This document shows, one piece after another, positions 43,837 through 58,446 of a stretch of 64,000 nt of DNA. Every line of letters begins with the position of its first letter. Positions within the stretch are counted from its first letter, which is position 1. The notes beneath the pieces were generated by a model. It made no database searches and was not told the origin of the DNA. It saw only the letters and a program-made list of their open reading frames with translations. The translations under genes were made by a program, and so were the position numbers. The stretch is from Amoebidium appalachense (Eukaryota; Protista; Ichthyosporea): positions 7,335,921 to 7,399,920 of the forward strand of contig CAVNZM010000011.1 of assembly GCA_963693365.1 (NCBI GenBank). The letters run 5' to 3'.

Positions 43837-44781
43837 TGTAAAATTTTATAAGTATTTGGGACGGAAGCAGCGACACAGTGGTGCAGTGTGAAAACACCAC
43901 AGACACACAACAACAAAACACGGAACGATCGGAGCAGTGTACACACCAGACATCAATGTTTAGACACGACTGAACTCAATTTATTTTGATCTCGCATAAA
44001 TACCTGAAATTCCCTTAAGTCAAATCCATACATGATTTCCGACCAGTCGGAAATCAGATCTATGTCTAAAATAACCAATCACAATTAACTGATTATTTCC
44101 CGGATAGATCCGGAGACACAGGAACGCACGTGCACACCATAGGTCACAGCTATAAGAAAGAAATGAGGTAAAAAGTAACGAGGAAAGAGGTGATGTTTCT
44201 AACCTATCACCGGCTACAAAGACTCAGACATTTTCTGACTAAGTCCACTGATTGGATGTAGTGCGGCAACACACAAAACAAAAGTGGTTGACTAAGCTAT
44301 GAATCATACGTGACAAGCTAAAGTGTAACCTAAGTGTTTTTCTACCAATCAAAACATAACGAGTAATATAAATCTACTCAACGTATATTAGTGAGAAAGA
44401 AATATAATTATGTGAAAGGAAACAAGAGAAGAAAGAAAGAGAAAAGAAAGAAGAAGAAAGAGGAAAAAGAAAAGAAAGCAGGACAGAAAACACGAACATG
44501 AAAACACAGTTGTAACCGAAGATATTCATGTACACATAAATATGTACACGTTTCTCCCTCACTGGGTAGACTCGTGTACCTATAATCAGTTGCTGTAATC
44601 GATATCTAAACACACGAATATAGCCGACACAACACGATTACAAGTACTCAAACACACTGGAGATCGATGTCATAATTTACGTACAAGGAGCACATCTTTT
44701 TCACTAAGTAAATGAATGAAAACATAACACGAACTGCCAGTGAGAAGATCTTACAATATGTAAATACTACGTCACACAACA
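43837..44781 (-). mobile_element. Solo LTR (Copia family of 60200-64000) with 5-bp TSD CTAGT
   Basis: TG...CA ends. CTAGT at 43832-43836 and 44782-44786. 44107-44772 is highly similar to the Copia 3' LTR at ~60200-60855. Confidence 0.92.
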
Positions 44782-45071
44782 CTAGTGGTACGTGGGACTA
44801 AGGAACAAGAGGGAAAAAAGAGGAACGAGGCACTTAGTGTGAGGGACGGCGACGGGACTCACACAGAGCCGCCGAGAGTCTGTATTGGGCCTGTGCTTGT
44901 GAGAGCGATGGCCAATCTGGCTGCCGTGAGCAGGGTGCGCCTGCCTATACCCCAGTGCGGGCGAGGTCACGTGATCTCGCTCGGGCATTCCCTGTTGCTG
45001 TGCACGTGTATACGTAGATGCATGGCAAGTGTAGTTTGTGTCTGTTTGTGTTTAGTTTTGTTGTTCGTGTG

Positions 45072-45104
<33 letters not shown>

Positions 45105-45203
45105 TCTCTCTCTCTCTCTCCCTCTCTCTCCCTCTCTCTCTCTCTCTCTCTCGTGCAAATGAAGTTTCACTAGAAAATATAATGTGTGTATGTGCGCGCG
45201 CGC

Positions 45204-45271
<68 letters not shown>

Positions 45272-46640
45272 GGAGCAGCTCGAGTAAGTAGCCAGGTTGG
45301 ACAGGGGTGGCCTTGCGAGATAGGGTGCTCGCCTCGTGCTCGTCCAAGTAGGCCTAGAAGGCGGGCGGGGGGGGGGGGGGGGGGGGGGGGAGAAGGAAAA
45401 AAGGGGGGGGGGGGGGGGGACAGGAAATGAGGGGAAAGGCCTAGCGATTCGAGCGGCTTGAGTGAGTAGCCAACTCAGAAAGGGGTGGCCTTGCGAGGTA
45501 AGGCGCTTGGAAAAGAGAGGAGTGTGTAATAAATATATATGATTTTCTATTCTTTTTTTTTTTTTTTTCTAAAGATGGAAATGGGTTGGGAACGGTAGGC
45601 AGTGGGTCACCTGGTTACCATGGGGGTGGGGGTGGGGGGGGGGGGGGGGGGGGGGGGGGGATGTGGGGGGGAAATCTTTTTATATTTCGATCATGCGATC
45701 ATCCGGAAACCATGCGGGTTGACCGTTATGATCAGCGACCAATTAGTACCATCGGCCGTCAGGTGCATATGCCCATCCGGGGGAGATCCACGTATATGAT
45801 AGTGGGGCGTGGATATGCAGGTAGGGTGCCAAATTGGGCATATGGTGACGGTCCGGGTATGTATTTTGAGGGAGAACGTAAGGGATGTGGTGAGGTCAGA
45901 GGCGGGGGGGGAGGGGGGGGTAGTGGGGTTGGGGGTGGAGGGGGAGCGGCCTGCGTAGGTACGGCTAGGCAGGGGAGGGGAAGTCGGAGAGTGTGTAGAG
46001 TGGGTGGCTGGGCAGGCATAGCTTGAGGCATGGGGGAGGGAGGGGGACGGTGTTGGAAGTAGAGTCCGCTGTGACTAGGGTCGTCGTGGCGCGCTTGGGC
46101 GCTGACCCGTTTTTTTTTTTTTTACTGCTTTCAGTGTGTTAACTCCATGACTGAACTCCATGACTGAACTCCATGTCTGCACCTGGCAGAGACGTGGCTT
46201 ATATACCCGTGGGGCAGCAGTCTGGAATGTAATCCGGATGCCAGGCGCTAATCGGATTGGTTACTTTCATTTAGAGATTTCTGGGACCAGTGAACCAATC
46301 GTTTGCAGTCAAAACACAATTGGCAACATTCCTCAACTATGCAGATGTGCATGTGGTGATCGAATGTCAGCGTGTGTCTGTGTACACGGAACCAATTGTA
46401 AAGCTAACATACACATATTGTGGAGTGAGCGTAAGTCTGCACTCCAACAGACGGGGTTGTGGAAGATGTTTTGGAGGGGCAGGGTGAGGTTGAGGTTGAG
46501 GCTGAGGGGGGGCGGGGGGAGGGGGCGTGTCGGGGGGATCTGCATCCTCAGGGAGCCTCCCTTCTTCCGCAAGTGGGTGTTGCCAAAGTGCGAAGGGATG
46601 TTGTGGCTGTGGGAGAGGTGGAAAGGGTAGGATAGCATCG

Positions 46641-47572
46641 TGTAAAATTTTATGAGTATTCTGACTATGTCGGGGAAGCAGAGACACAGTGGTGCAGTGT
46701 AAAAACACCACAGACACACAGACAAACACACAGACGGAACCGATCGGAGAAGTGTACAGAACAGACATCAATGTTTAGACACAACTGAACTGAATTTATT
46801 TTTGAGATGTGCTTATATAACTGCAATCACTAAGTCAAACCTATGTATGATTTCCGACCAGTCGGAAATCAGAATAGATATCGGATAGACCAATCATAAT
46901 GGACTGATCACTACAGCAATAGATCCAACACTCGCAATAGATCACGGCAAGGCATAAGAACATAATCACGAAGAAACTGTAAACCTTGACACTAATTTCT
47001 AACCTATTATTGAGGTTAACGGCAGGGACACGTTATGACTAGTCTAATGATTGGTTAGACCGCGGCAATTCGCAAAACAAACATAGTTAAATAAACTATT
47101 GACACATAAAATAGTACATGGTGTAGCCTATGTGTTTTTCTTCCAATCAAAACACATCTACTTCACACGAATTGACTCAACGTATATTAGTGAGAAAGAA
47201 CAGTGATCACACACATGAACACCAGGGAAAAGGAGGAAAGAAAAGAGAAGAAGAGAAGAGAGAAAAAGAGAGGAACACAGAACAACAAACATGAACACGA
47301 TAGCACAGTTACAACATAAGATATTCATGTACACACAAACATGTGCACGAGCACTCCTACTGAGTGGATTCGTGCAGGCACCTATCTATATTCTAATCTT
47401 TAGATCAACACACGATTAGAGCCAATATGACACGATTACGGACACGAAAACATATTTGAGATCGATTAACTATTTTACGAACAAGGAGAGTGACTTTTAC
47501 ATTAATGCTATGAACTGAATCATAAACACAAACTGAAAGATCTTACACATGTACAAACTACGTACTTCAACA
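46641..47572 (-). mobile_element. Second, diverged solo LTR with 5-bp TSD CATCG, inserted into a decayed Gypsy integrase
   Basis: TG...CA ends. CATCG at 46636-46640 and 47573-47577. Colinear similarity to 43837-44781. Confidence 0.9.
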
Positions 47573-48938
47573 CATCGTCCAAGGGGCGGTCATCTCGGTT
47601 GATAAATGGTTTTAACCGATCGTGATGAACCGGATTTTTTATAAATTTACCGCGTGGAGTGACAAGTTGGTACAGTTCAGCATTGCCAGGGATGCGATGG
47701 GCAATACGGTATGGACCTTGCCACATGTGGAGTAATTTACCAGCCTGAGTGCGGTAGCGTTGGGTTACTGGTGTGTGCACCCACACTTGTTGGCCAGGTG
47801 TATATATGCGCACGCTATGAGAGTGAGCATCATCATATTGCTTTTGCTTTGCTCTCGCTTGGCGTACTCAGTCTCCTGTGCAGCTAATTGTGCATCCTGC
47901 AAGCGGTCACGGTGTACAAGTTGTTGGGTGTACACATTTTAGGGAGATGGCCACGTGTGGGGTGCTCAAATTCCACATCAACGGGAAGTCTGGGGTCAAT
48001 ACCAAAAAGGAGGTAAATGGGGGAATTACTTCTGCTGGCATTGAGGAGGAGCGCAACGCAAAAAGTGCGGTGGGTAGATAAGTATCCCAGTCCTGGTGGT
48101 GGGAGGAGACGTACATGCGCATGACGCGGATAATATCCATATTTAACGTTTCCACCAAACCATTGGACGAGTGGTGGTACGGTGGGGTAACGATGCGACT
48201 ATGCCCAGTAGGCGGCATACATCGGACATAAGTTTGCCGGTGAAGTTATTTTCAGCGTCTACAATCACACAACGGGGAAGGGAATAGCGGCAGAATATTT
48301 CATCCACGAGTGTGCGTGCGATGGTGTCTGCCTTTTTATCCGGGTTTGGGAAAGGCTTCAATCCAATTGGTCAGATTGTCAACAAAAACGAAAATATATT
48401 TATTGCCGTTGAAAGAAGGAGTCAGTTTAGTGAGAAGGTCAGTTGATATCTCCTCGAATGGTTGTGCTGGTAAGCGGGAGGAATATTGGGAACGGGCCAA
48501 TCCGTGGTGAGGATCGCGGCCGACATGGCAGGTTGTGCATGATGCAACATAGTGGTGTATGTCGATGTACATGATCGGCCAATAGAAACGTTCGCGGATT
48601 TTCTGATAGGTTTTAGAAAATCCTAAGTGGCCACCAAGTACGCTATCATGGCAGGCTTCAAGTATTTTACGTTTAAAACCGCGTGGTACCACGATTTAAA
48701 AGCTTGGTCCATGTGCTTGTCGGGTGGGTACAAAGACATGGTATAGGGTGTTGTTGTGCACGACATAAGCGGCATTTTCAAGCACGAGACGGCGTGCGAG
48801 TTTATCATCCTCTGGTAGGATATTGTGCACCAAATAACCTTTTAAAATGGGGCGCACATCATCGGTGCTCAGTTTCCGTAGCCTATGGCCCCCTACACTC
48901 AACGAATCTCTACATTCTCTAATGGGGGGGTTATGCAC
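47573..48938 (-). pseudogene. Degenerate Gypsy integrase (multiple frameshifts)
   Basis: HDSVLGGHLG...FYWP...CTTC, PFEEISTDL, VDNLTNWIEAFP, PYHHSSNGLVE, DWDTYLP, WQGPY and VHHDRLKPF split across five ORFs. The reading frame appears to continue below 46640, past the solo LTR. Confidence 0.9.
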
Positions 48939-49278
48939 TTTTAATGATGTGGAATTCTCTAATATTAGTGAAGTTTTTATCGTCTTTTTTCCCCTGTATG
49001 CGACATCCAGTCAAAAAGGAAAAGTTTCTAAAATCAAGCTTGGTCATAAATCATTCAATAAAAATATATTTAACCTTTTCTGTTAATAAAAATTAGGGAA
49101 ATATATACTATAGAGCAAATATATAGATGTATATATTCATGCACAACAACGGTTATCGTGATCTTACGGGTTGGGGGGAATCTATTCTACCAATCCGGGT
49201 AGGGGTTGAAAGGCGGTGTAAACTAATAAGGTGGAACTGAGATGCTGTTTTTTTTTGCAGAAATAGCATTAGACAGGC

Positions 49279-49379
<101 letters not shown>

Positions 49380-49972
49380 ATATATATATATATCATATAT
49401 ATATCATATATATATATATGATATATATACTATATATATACACACATAATATACGAGCGGACCGCGGTGCTTTTTCCAATGCCTATTGGTAGCTTGAAGG
49501 GCCCCTTCATTCACCCGAATTTCCAGAATCATAATTCCCTCCCGGATATACCGTCCAAATTACAAAATATCATACTCTTTTTTCCATCGTACGGGACATT
49601 ACCGGATATATAGTGCTTATTTTAACCATTCTGTGTATAATTTGGGTAAATGAAAAATGTGCATATATAACTTAAAGTTATAATGTAGGCCCCCTCAGGC
49701 TGTTGAAGAACAGATGGAGTACGTAGAAAAGTGGTTCTGCACATCGTGATCTGAGAGAGTGCGGGGCCGGGGAATCTTCTTTTGAATTCTTCTACCAATC
49801 AACTCTTCAGACCGATTCCTCAGCAGGGGTTGCGTAGGACTCAAAAATCATCGTATTTACGATTTACAAGCCCCCCGATACGATTGAAAAGAGGCATTAA
49901 ATTAGTAAATACGACCGTTGGGTGTCAAAATGTCCGGGATTTGCCCAAATACGATTAAGACCACAAAACCCT

Positions 49973-50106
49973 GGCCCAAGGCGTTTTCCTGACCCCCCCC
50001 CCCCCCTCCCCCCCCCCCCCCCCCCCGGCGCCCCCCAAGGCGTTTTTTGATTCACCGAGGCGTTCCTGATCCCCCCAAGGCGGTTTTTGATTCACCAAGG
50101 CGTTTC
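49973..50106. repeat. Short degenerate tandem repeats
   Basis: CC(A/G)AGGCG(G)TT core recurs five times, including TTTTGATTCACC twice. Confidence 0.6.
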
Positions 50107-50766
50107 AAAGTTTCTGACTCAACTATATGGCGTTTCTACCAATCAACTCTTCAGAGATCCAAAAAAATGAAGTCGCGTGGCATTAAACACACACACACGC
50201 ACATATGTGTTTTTATAAATGTACATTTCTAAATATACATTAATTGTCATAAATATATACCCCGCCATTTCAATTCTTAATTTCCGACAATACGGTTATG
50301 TTTGGCAAAATCTCTCCCTCTCTCTCCCTCTTTGAAATTCCTCTTTGTATCTTGGTTCTATGTCTGTCTCTCTTCTTGTCTCTCTCTCCCTCCCTGTCTC
50401 TCTCTCTCTATTTCTCTCTCTCTCTCTCCCCCTCCCGCCCCCGGTCTAAATTAACAACTTGGAGAAAGGGAGAGAATGAATGTATGACGGGTGTATACTA
50501 TGCATACTGGGTGATGCCCTCCAACCTCTTCCTCTTTCTCCACCTTCTCTGATCTCTCTTTCTTCTCTCACGGACCATCCCCCCCCCCTCCCCCCCCCCC
50601 CCCCCCCCCCATCCTATCCCCCCTGCCTTCCTCGTTCTCTCTGGCAACTTCTCATGCAAACACGCTTACTTTCTTCTCCCCCCCCCCCCCCCCCCCGCCG
50701 CACGCCAGGCCCTACTCTTGCTCGTGTGCAGTGTGTGCTGAATGTGCTGTGTGTGCTGTGTGTGCC

Positions 50767-50904
<138 letters not shown>

Positions 50905-51077
50905 AGTGATGATATGTATAAGGTGAGGGAGGTGGGGAGGAATAAAGAGGGGGCCTTGGTAAATTAAGACGAAAGAAACATGACAATAACCTGGATCGGT
51001 AACCAAATCCGAGTCAGGGGCAGTGATAATATGTGTGTGCCGTGTGTGGTGTGATAGGGGAGAGAGAGCGAGAGAGC

Positions 51078-51186
<109 letters not shown>

Positions 51187-51202
51187 AGAAAGAGAGAGCG
51201 AG

Positions 51203-51252
<50 letters not shown>

Positions 51253-51364
51253 AGAGAGAGAGTGTGAGAGAGAGAGAGAGTGAGAGAGAGAGTGAGAGAG
51301 ATAGAGAGAGAGCGAGAGAGTGAGAGAGAGATAGATATACACGGTGTGTGTGTGTGTGTGTGTA

Positions 51365-51506
<142 letters not shown>

Positions 51507-51583
51507 CATACGGTCCGGCGGTTCATGCGGATCATGCGGGCGTGGTTTCATACGTGGCTGTGGTTCAGACGGCGTGGTTCATG

Positions 51584-51619
<36 letters not shown>

Positions 51620-52135
51620 ATGATGGGGAAGGGACTGGATGTGATGATGGTAAGGGTGTGGATGGAGAAGACGAAGGATATGACCCGGTGATTGAGGCAC
51701 CCGTGTTGTCACATAATTGATGCCAGTGATTGGGTTCATAGCACGATCGTAAAGTATGCTAAGTTAAATAATGCAGGCGCTGCAGACAGAAATGCTAAGT
51801 TAACGGAGGCTGCGAGGGCATGTTTCTTAGTGCAAGTGGTAGGATCGAACTCGCTGTTGAACGAAAAATCAATATTCTAGATGCACAGGATGTGAAGAAA
51901 GTCAGTTGAACTAGAGGTGCCAGTATGTGTGTGTGTGTGCGTGTTGTGGAGGCATCGCGGATACTCCCCCCCCCCCCCCCCCCCCCCAACTTGAAAAAAA
52001 AAAACACACACACACACATATACATACACACAAACACATACATACACACACACACACATACACACACACACACACACACATACAACACACAAACACACAT
52101 ATACACACGCACACACACACACACACACAACTTGA

Positions 52136-52214
<79 letters not shown>

Positions 52215-52219
52215 GCACC

Positions 52220-52252
<33 letters not shown>

Positions 52253-52405
52253 GCACCCGCGCATGCGCACGCGCGCACACATACACACACACACACACAC
52301 GCACCCGCACCCGCACACACATACACACACACACACACATACACACACACACACACACATGTTGCACCCGAATGGCCCATTGCACCCACATTGCACACGC
52401 ACGCA

Positions 52406-52440
<35 letters not shown>

Positions 52441-54529
52441 ACACCCACACCCACATCAGCAAACTTCCCGGAAGTATTGCCAACGTATTTTTTGCTATTG
52501 GCGCTATTGGCGATATTGGCAATAGAACCCCTTGCCGCCAATATTGCAATAATATTGCTTTGGTATTGTCAATGGTAATACAGTACCAATACCCTCTATT
52601 GTCGATATCCCGCTGATATGAATATATTATCCAGTATATGTTACATCAATATCGCCAATACATTAGAGTGCCATTACATTGCCATTGCATTACTATTGCG
52701 CTAGCATTATAGACGTATTGCCAATATCAATTATACCCGGGCGATATTACAATAACAACCAAATAATATCAAAAGGTTTTATTTGTGGAATTTATTGACA
52801 TAAATATTTTTCTGGGTAAACACGTAGGATGGGTGTTCGATATTGACATAACCATGTAGGCTTCGTTTCGTGTTTTAGCAGTTCGCGATTGGCCGCTCGC
52901 ACACGGGCACCTATTAGCTAATCAAAACATCAGATTCCACATATCGCTAGACCGATTTTGATTGGTTCGATTCAGATTCACATATCACTGGATCGATTTT
53001 CAATTGGCTCAGGTCGGTAGGCTTAGGTATATAAGCAAGACAGTTTTCAGCAGATCAGCAAGCTACAAACACATCTTCTGTGTTGAGCACCTACAGCCCT
53101 TACGGCTATACATTTTCTTTTCACACTCCGTGACAACTCTTGACACGAGCTTCTGTCACACCTTGACAATCGTGCCATCCTTGCAAGTCCAGCTTGCCCT
53201 CGTGTCCTCCTCGCAAGTTAGGCTTGCACTCCTGCCAGTTCCGTCCCGGTTAGGGCTAGTCGCCCTACAAGTTCCTCGACACTTCAAGAAGATTTCCTGA
53301 CATGGTCCCTCACGCGCCGCGCCGCTGTGATCTAAGTCCCTACCACTCGTCTAATTTCAAACCCCGTTTTCAATCCCGATGGCCTAGAATTTCACACCCC
53401 GCTTCGATCCGCATTGACTATCCTCGCTCATAGTCCTTGCCCGATTGCCCTTCTGAGTATTCAAATACGGTACTCCAATCGCGTCGCTTATGTTAAACCC
53501 AGTCAAAGCACCTTGTGCTTTCCTACTGTTCAGGAGTACTGACCCCAAGTCCCTGCCAGAACAGCTTACCGTGTTCAACCCGCCTCCTTCCCTGTTTTCC
53601 CACCCTGTTTCCCGCCATGTCTCCCCCCACCATGACTTCACTGTCGATGGATACCTCACATTCCATTGGTCTGCCCCGCATTCCAGCAGCATTTTTTCCT
53701 CAGATCACAAGGCCAGCCTCGTCGAGATCTCAGCTACCCCAAACCCTGCACGGCCCCAGTTCCCCTGCAGCTGTTCCCCCCCTGTTGCCACCCGACCCCG
53801 GCCAGCTACACATGCTGCCAGGTCCGGTCGTTCCCATCCACGTTTCTGCCCAGCCAGCCTACCGTGCTGCCTGCCCATCCACGTTTCTGCCCAGCCAGCC
53901 TACCGTGCTGCCCGCCCCCGTTTCCAAAGCCCCTGGCCCGACCCAGTTAACCTTCTCCGTCCGGACTTACCTGCCTTTGACCCTGCCTCCGTCGTGCCTG
54001 ATCCCAAAACCAATCCCGTCAAAGCCCCTCCTCCCCTCCCTGTTCCGGCTTTCCCAGTAACCCCCGAGCAGCAAGAACCCTCAGGCTCGACGCCCCTCCA
54101 AACGAATTTCAAATTACGCGACCTCCGCAACCAGCTGCCCAACGCTCCCGCGGGCACTGACGCGCCTCCGGCGGCCCCCACCACCACGGACCCTCCAAGC
54201 CACTCTCCCCTCTACCCCTGAAGCCCCCCCTCAGGCCTGTCCCATGTAGTACCCCAAGCCCGGCTGTGGTCTAAGACTTGATGGCTTCACACCGCCCCAC
54301 AAGCCCGGCGGGGGACAAACCCCCAACCGCCCCGACCCGCACCCCGGCCTGGCAACACCGGCCCGATCGGTGGAGCTACCCGCCACGCACTACATGAATT
54401 TCCACATTTAAGGTCGGTCCTGCGCTAAGCAGCCCTGCCCCCTCTCCCACGTGTGCCCGCTCTGCTCTGGCACACACCCCCGCAAAGACTGCAAGCCTAA
54501 TGCCTAGTCTACGCGCACACCCACACACA

Positions 54530-55229
54530 CAGATAGAACATAGGGGCTAGGAGCTAGGATACACGGGTACAGGGACACGGAGCTCGGGAGCTCGGGTCAC
54601 TAGGGCTAAGTACAAATTTTCGCAAGCCACCTACGGCGCCCGCGCGCGCCACAGAATACATGTCCCTACACAAAGACGTTATTCTGGCCACTGCACATAA
54701 TTTTACTCCCCACCCATCCCACGAGCCTCCCCCCCCCCCTTACACTCACCTAGCACTCCCTCCCCCCCCCCCCCCCCCCCCTTCTAACTCTGTGTCCACC
54801 CGCATCCCCGCGTGCTCGGGCATCCCCTGCACATGGCCCCGCTGTTCTGCCTGCAACCTCCCTCGGGCCCAGCTGCCCGCACACACAAGATAGAACATAG
54901 GGGCTAGGAGCTAGGATACACGGGTACAGGGACACGGAGCTCGGGAGCACGGGCCACTAGGGCTGAGTACAAATTTTTTTGCAGGCCACCTACGGCGCCC
55001 GCGCGCGCCACAGAATACATGTCCCTACACAAAAGACGTTATTCTGGCCACTGCACATAATTTTACTCCCCACCCATCCCACGAGCCTCCCCCCCCCCCC
55101 TTACACTCACCTAGCACTCCCTCCCCCCCCCCTTCTAACTCTGTGTCCGCCCGCATCCCTGCGTGCTCGGGCATCCCCTGCACATGGCCCCGCTGCCCTG
55201 CCTGCAACCTCTCTCGGGCCCAGCTGCCC
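54530..55229. repeat. ~355-bp tandem duplication inside the YR element
   Basis: AGATAGAACATAGGGGCTAGGAGCTAGGATACACGGG...CGGGCCCAGCTGCCC occurs at ~54531-54878 and ~54888-55229. Confidence 0.9.
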
Positions 55230-55253
55230 TACTCTAAACCCCCCGGGGCCCTG

Positions 55254-55291
<38 letters not shown>

Positions 55292-55689
55292 CTGCCGGGG
55301 TCTCCCCGAGGGTGCCCCACCCTTGCTAACCACACCTTCCCCCGAGGCTCAGACCCGGAGGCCCAGCCCCCCCTCGGCCACCAGCGCGGCCACCCTCTTC
55401 CCGGACCAATTCCTTGCTGAGTTTCCGGTCCTCCGTTCCTCCCCCATCGGCGCCGTTACTACAAAAACAAGCCCGGGACCCCAGCTCATTCTCGACGCAG
55501 GCCCCGGCTGCTACATGGCAGTGGCAGACGTGCAGGCTGCCTTCCGGCACATGCCCTCTCCCTTCCCCTGGGCTCAACCCCCCCTCCCCTCCCCCCCCCC
55601 CCCCCGATCTTCCCTTCCGGAGCAACGCTGGCAGATTGGCCCCCCACTTTGCTCCGGCCGTGCTGCTTCGAGCCACCACTACCCTGCAG

Positions 55690-56667
55690 GAGTGCCAGGC
55701 CCTGAGTCTCAACCTCGACTCTCGGGCCTTCTACTCCCGGGTGCAGAAAGTGTTCATCGATTTTTGTGGCATCTCGGCTGCCATCCTCCTCCGGGTCCTA
55801 CCTCCCGGCCTCCCCACACACCGTGCAGCTCTTTCTTGCCTGGTGTGCCCAACAAGGGGTACAGGCCTCTTCCTTGGCCGGCTACAATTCGGCTATCACC
55901 AGACTCCACCTCGACATGGGACTTCCGGCTCCCTACCCCCACGACAAGTCTCTCGCCTGGTTCCTACAAGGGGTGGGCAGATGGCAGCTTTTCTCACAAC
56001 ATCCGACCCCGATCATCTCCCAGAGAACCCCTCCTGCCCTCCCACCTCGGCCTACTCCATGGCCAGTGCCCCACCCAGGCCTCCTCAGCCAATCGCCGGC
56101 TTTGGACGGCCCTCATCGTCGGTTTTTGTGGTCTCCTCCGTTCGTGGGAATTTACCTCCAAGACCCTGACTTCCTTCGACCCGTCCCGTCACGTGAAATG
56201 GAAGGACGTGACCTTCAGCTACACCCCCACCAGTACTTTGTCCCATGCCACCCTCCACCTGCCAACCTCCAAGATGGATGTACAGCCCTAAGTGTCAACG
56301 TCACTCTAGCTGCCCTGCCTCTCACCCACTTCTCCCCAGCCCATCTCCTCCGGCAGTTCCTGGATACGACATCCGGTCAACCTGACGACCCCCTGTTCAG
56401 TCTCGGTGGCATTCCCTACACCAAGGGTGTTTTCTCTGACGACTTCCGTGCCCTCCTCTCCCGGGCAGGCCTCTCACCCTCCCGGTTTGCCGGCCACAGC
56501 CTCCGAATTGGGGGGGCCACAGCCCTGGCCGAGGCCGGGGTCGACGACTCCAGGATCCAACAACTTGGCAGATGATCTTCCGACTGTTCCCTGATCTATA
56601 CTCGACTTCGCCGGCCCCCATCATGGCTGCCACTAACAAACGTGTATTTGCCTCTATCCTTAAGTGA
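55690..56667 (+). pseudogene. Tyrosine recombinase of the YR element (frameshifted, W-to-stop)
   Basis: SAM-like N-part (LFLAWCAQQG...YNSAITRLH), WTALIVGFCGLLRSWEF (Arg), SKMD (Lys), FAGHSLRIGGATALAEAG (HxxR), LGR*SSDCSLIY where GRW is expected. Confidence 0.88.
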
Positions 56668-57350
56668 AACCTTTGGAGCAAGCATACTGCTCTCGTGCCG
56701 TGGTTTACAACCATTGCAGGTTCACTTTCGTCCAAGGGGATGTCCCCCTAGAGGCAACACACGTCCCGGAGTAGTTTTCATAGAGGTTTTATTTGTGGAA
56801 TTTATTGACATAAATATTTTTCTGGGTAAACACGTAGGATGGGTGTTCGATATTGACATAACCATGTAGGCTTCGTTTCGTGTTTTAGCAGTTCGCGATT
56901 GGCCGCTCGCACACGGGCACCTATTAGCTAATCAAAACATCAGATTCCACATATCGCTAGACCGATTTTGATTGGTTCGATTCAGATTCACATATCACTG
57001 GATCGATTTTCAATTGGCTCAGGTCGGTAGGCTTAGGTATATAAGCAAGACAGTTTTCAGCAGATCAGCAAGCTACAAACACATCTTCTGTGTTGAGCAC
57101 CTACAGCCCTTACGGCTATACATTTTCTTTTCACCCACCCACCTACACCCACACTCACCCCCATTGATCCACACATGCGTGCTGTTTTTTCACGGGGCGA
57201 AGACTTCCCCCGTTTTTTGGGCACAAGGACCTCACGGATCAATAAATTGATGACTGGGGGCTTGCCGTGGTTTACAACCATTGCAGGTTCACTTTCGTCC
57301 AAGGGGATGTCCCCCTAGAGGCAACACACGTCCCGGAGTAGTTTTCATAG

Positions 57351-57423
<73 letters not shown>

Positions 57424-57806
57424 TTCCCCACCCCCTCCCCCCCCCCCCCCCCCCCCCCATAAAACTTCCCGGCCATCTTTCGGCGGCCTCTGAGCCAAGG
57501 GGTGGGGGGGGGGGGGGGGGTGTGTGTGTGTGTGTGGTGTGGGGGGGGGGGGGGGAGGGAGCGGGGGGAGATAGTGGAAAGGGGAAGTGTGTTGTGTGTT
57601 TGTGTGGTATTGGTGTGTGGTGTGTGTGTGTATGTCATGTTGTGCATGTGTGATGTGGGTGGAGAGGAGGGGGGGGGCGGGGTTTGTGTGTGTGTGTGTG
57701 TGTGTGGGTGATTAAAGGAGAGGGAGGGGGGGGGGGGGTTGTTTGGAGAGGAAGGGGAGGGAGGGAGGTTATATTTGTGTGTATTTGGGTGTGTTGTGGA
57801 GAGGTG

Positions 57807-57848
<42 letters not shown>

Positions 57849-57929
57849 TGTGTGTGGTGGATGTGTGTGTGTGAGTGATTGAGTATGAGGGGAGAGTGGA
57901 TGGGTGAGAAAGAGGAGGTGAATTGTGTG

Positions 57930-57964
<35 letters not shown>

Positions 57965-58358
57965 TGTGTGGTGTGTGGGGGGGAGAGGGGAGAGGAGGAA
58001 AGAGGGGGGGGGGGGGGGTGGGAGGAGAGAAAGGGGAGAAGTGGAGGGAGAGGGTAGTTAGGGGGGGGAAGAGAGGGGAAAAAGGGGGGGGGGGGGGGGG
58101 GGGGGGGGGGGAGATGTGTGCATGAGGGTGGAGAGAGAAAGTGAGGGGAAAGAGGGAAAGGAAAGAGGGAGGGAGAAGTAGGGGGGGGCAGGAAGAAGAG
58201 GGGGGGGGGGGGGGGGAGTGAAGGAGAGAGGGTGGGTAAGAAGATAGTAAGATAAGGCAGTGGGAAGGGAAGGGGGGGGGGGGGGGGGGGGGAGGGGGAG
58301 AGGGAGGGGTGGGGGGGGGTAGGGGAGGAGAGAGGAGGGAGAGAGGGAAGGGGGGAGG

Positions 58359-58446
<88 letters not shown>

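Larger units (their letters stand above)
52774..57351 (+). mobile_element. Tyrosine-recombinase retrotransposon with split direct repeats (Ngaro/PAT-type, DIRS order), internally deleted
   Basis: A1 52774-53124 = A2 56784-57134 (351 bp); B1 56696-56784 = B2 57263-57351 (89 bp). Order is A1-ORFs-B1-A2-B2. Gag-like region with a Cys/His finger at ~54400-54495 (C.KQPCPLSHVCPLCSGTHPRKDC). RT remnant PGCYMAVADVQAAFRHMP. Confidence 0.92.

Noticed and set aside
55143-56575. Phage integrase / prokaryotic or viral insertion
   Set aside because: The recombinase sits within split direct repeats with gag and RT remnants, so it belongs to a DIRS-order retroelement.
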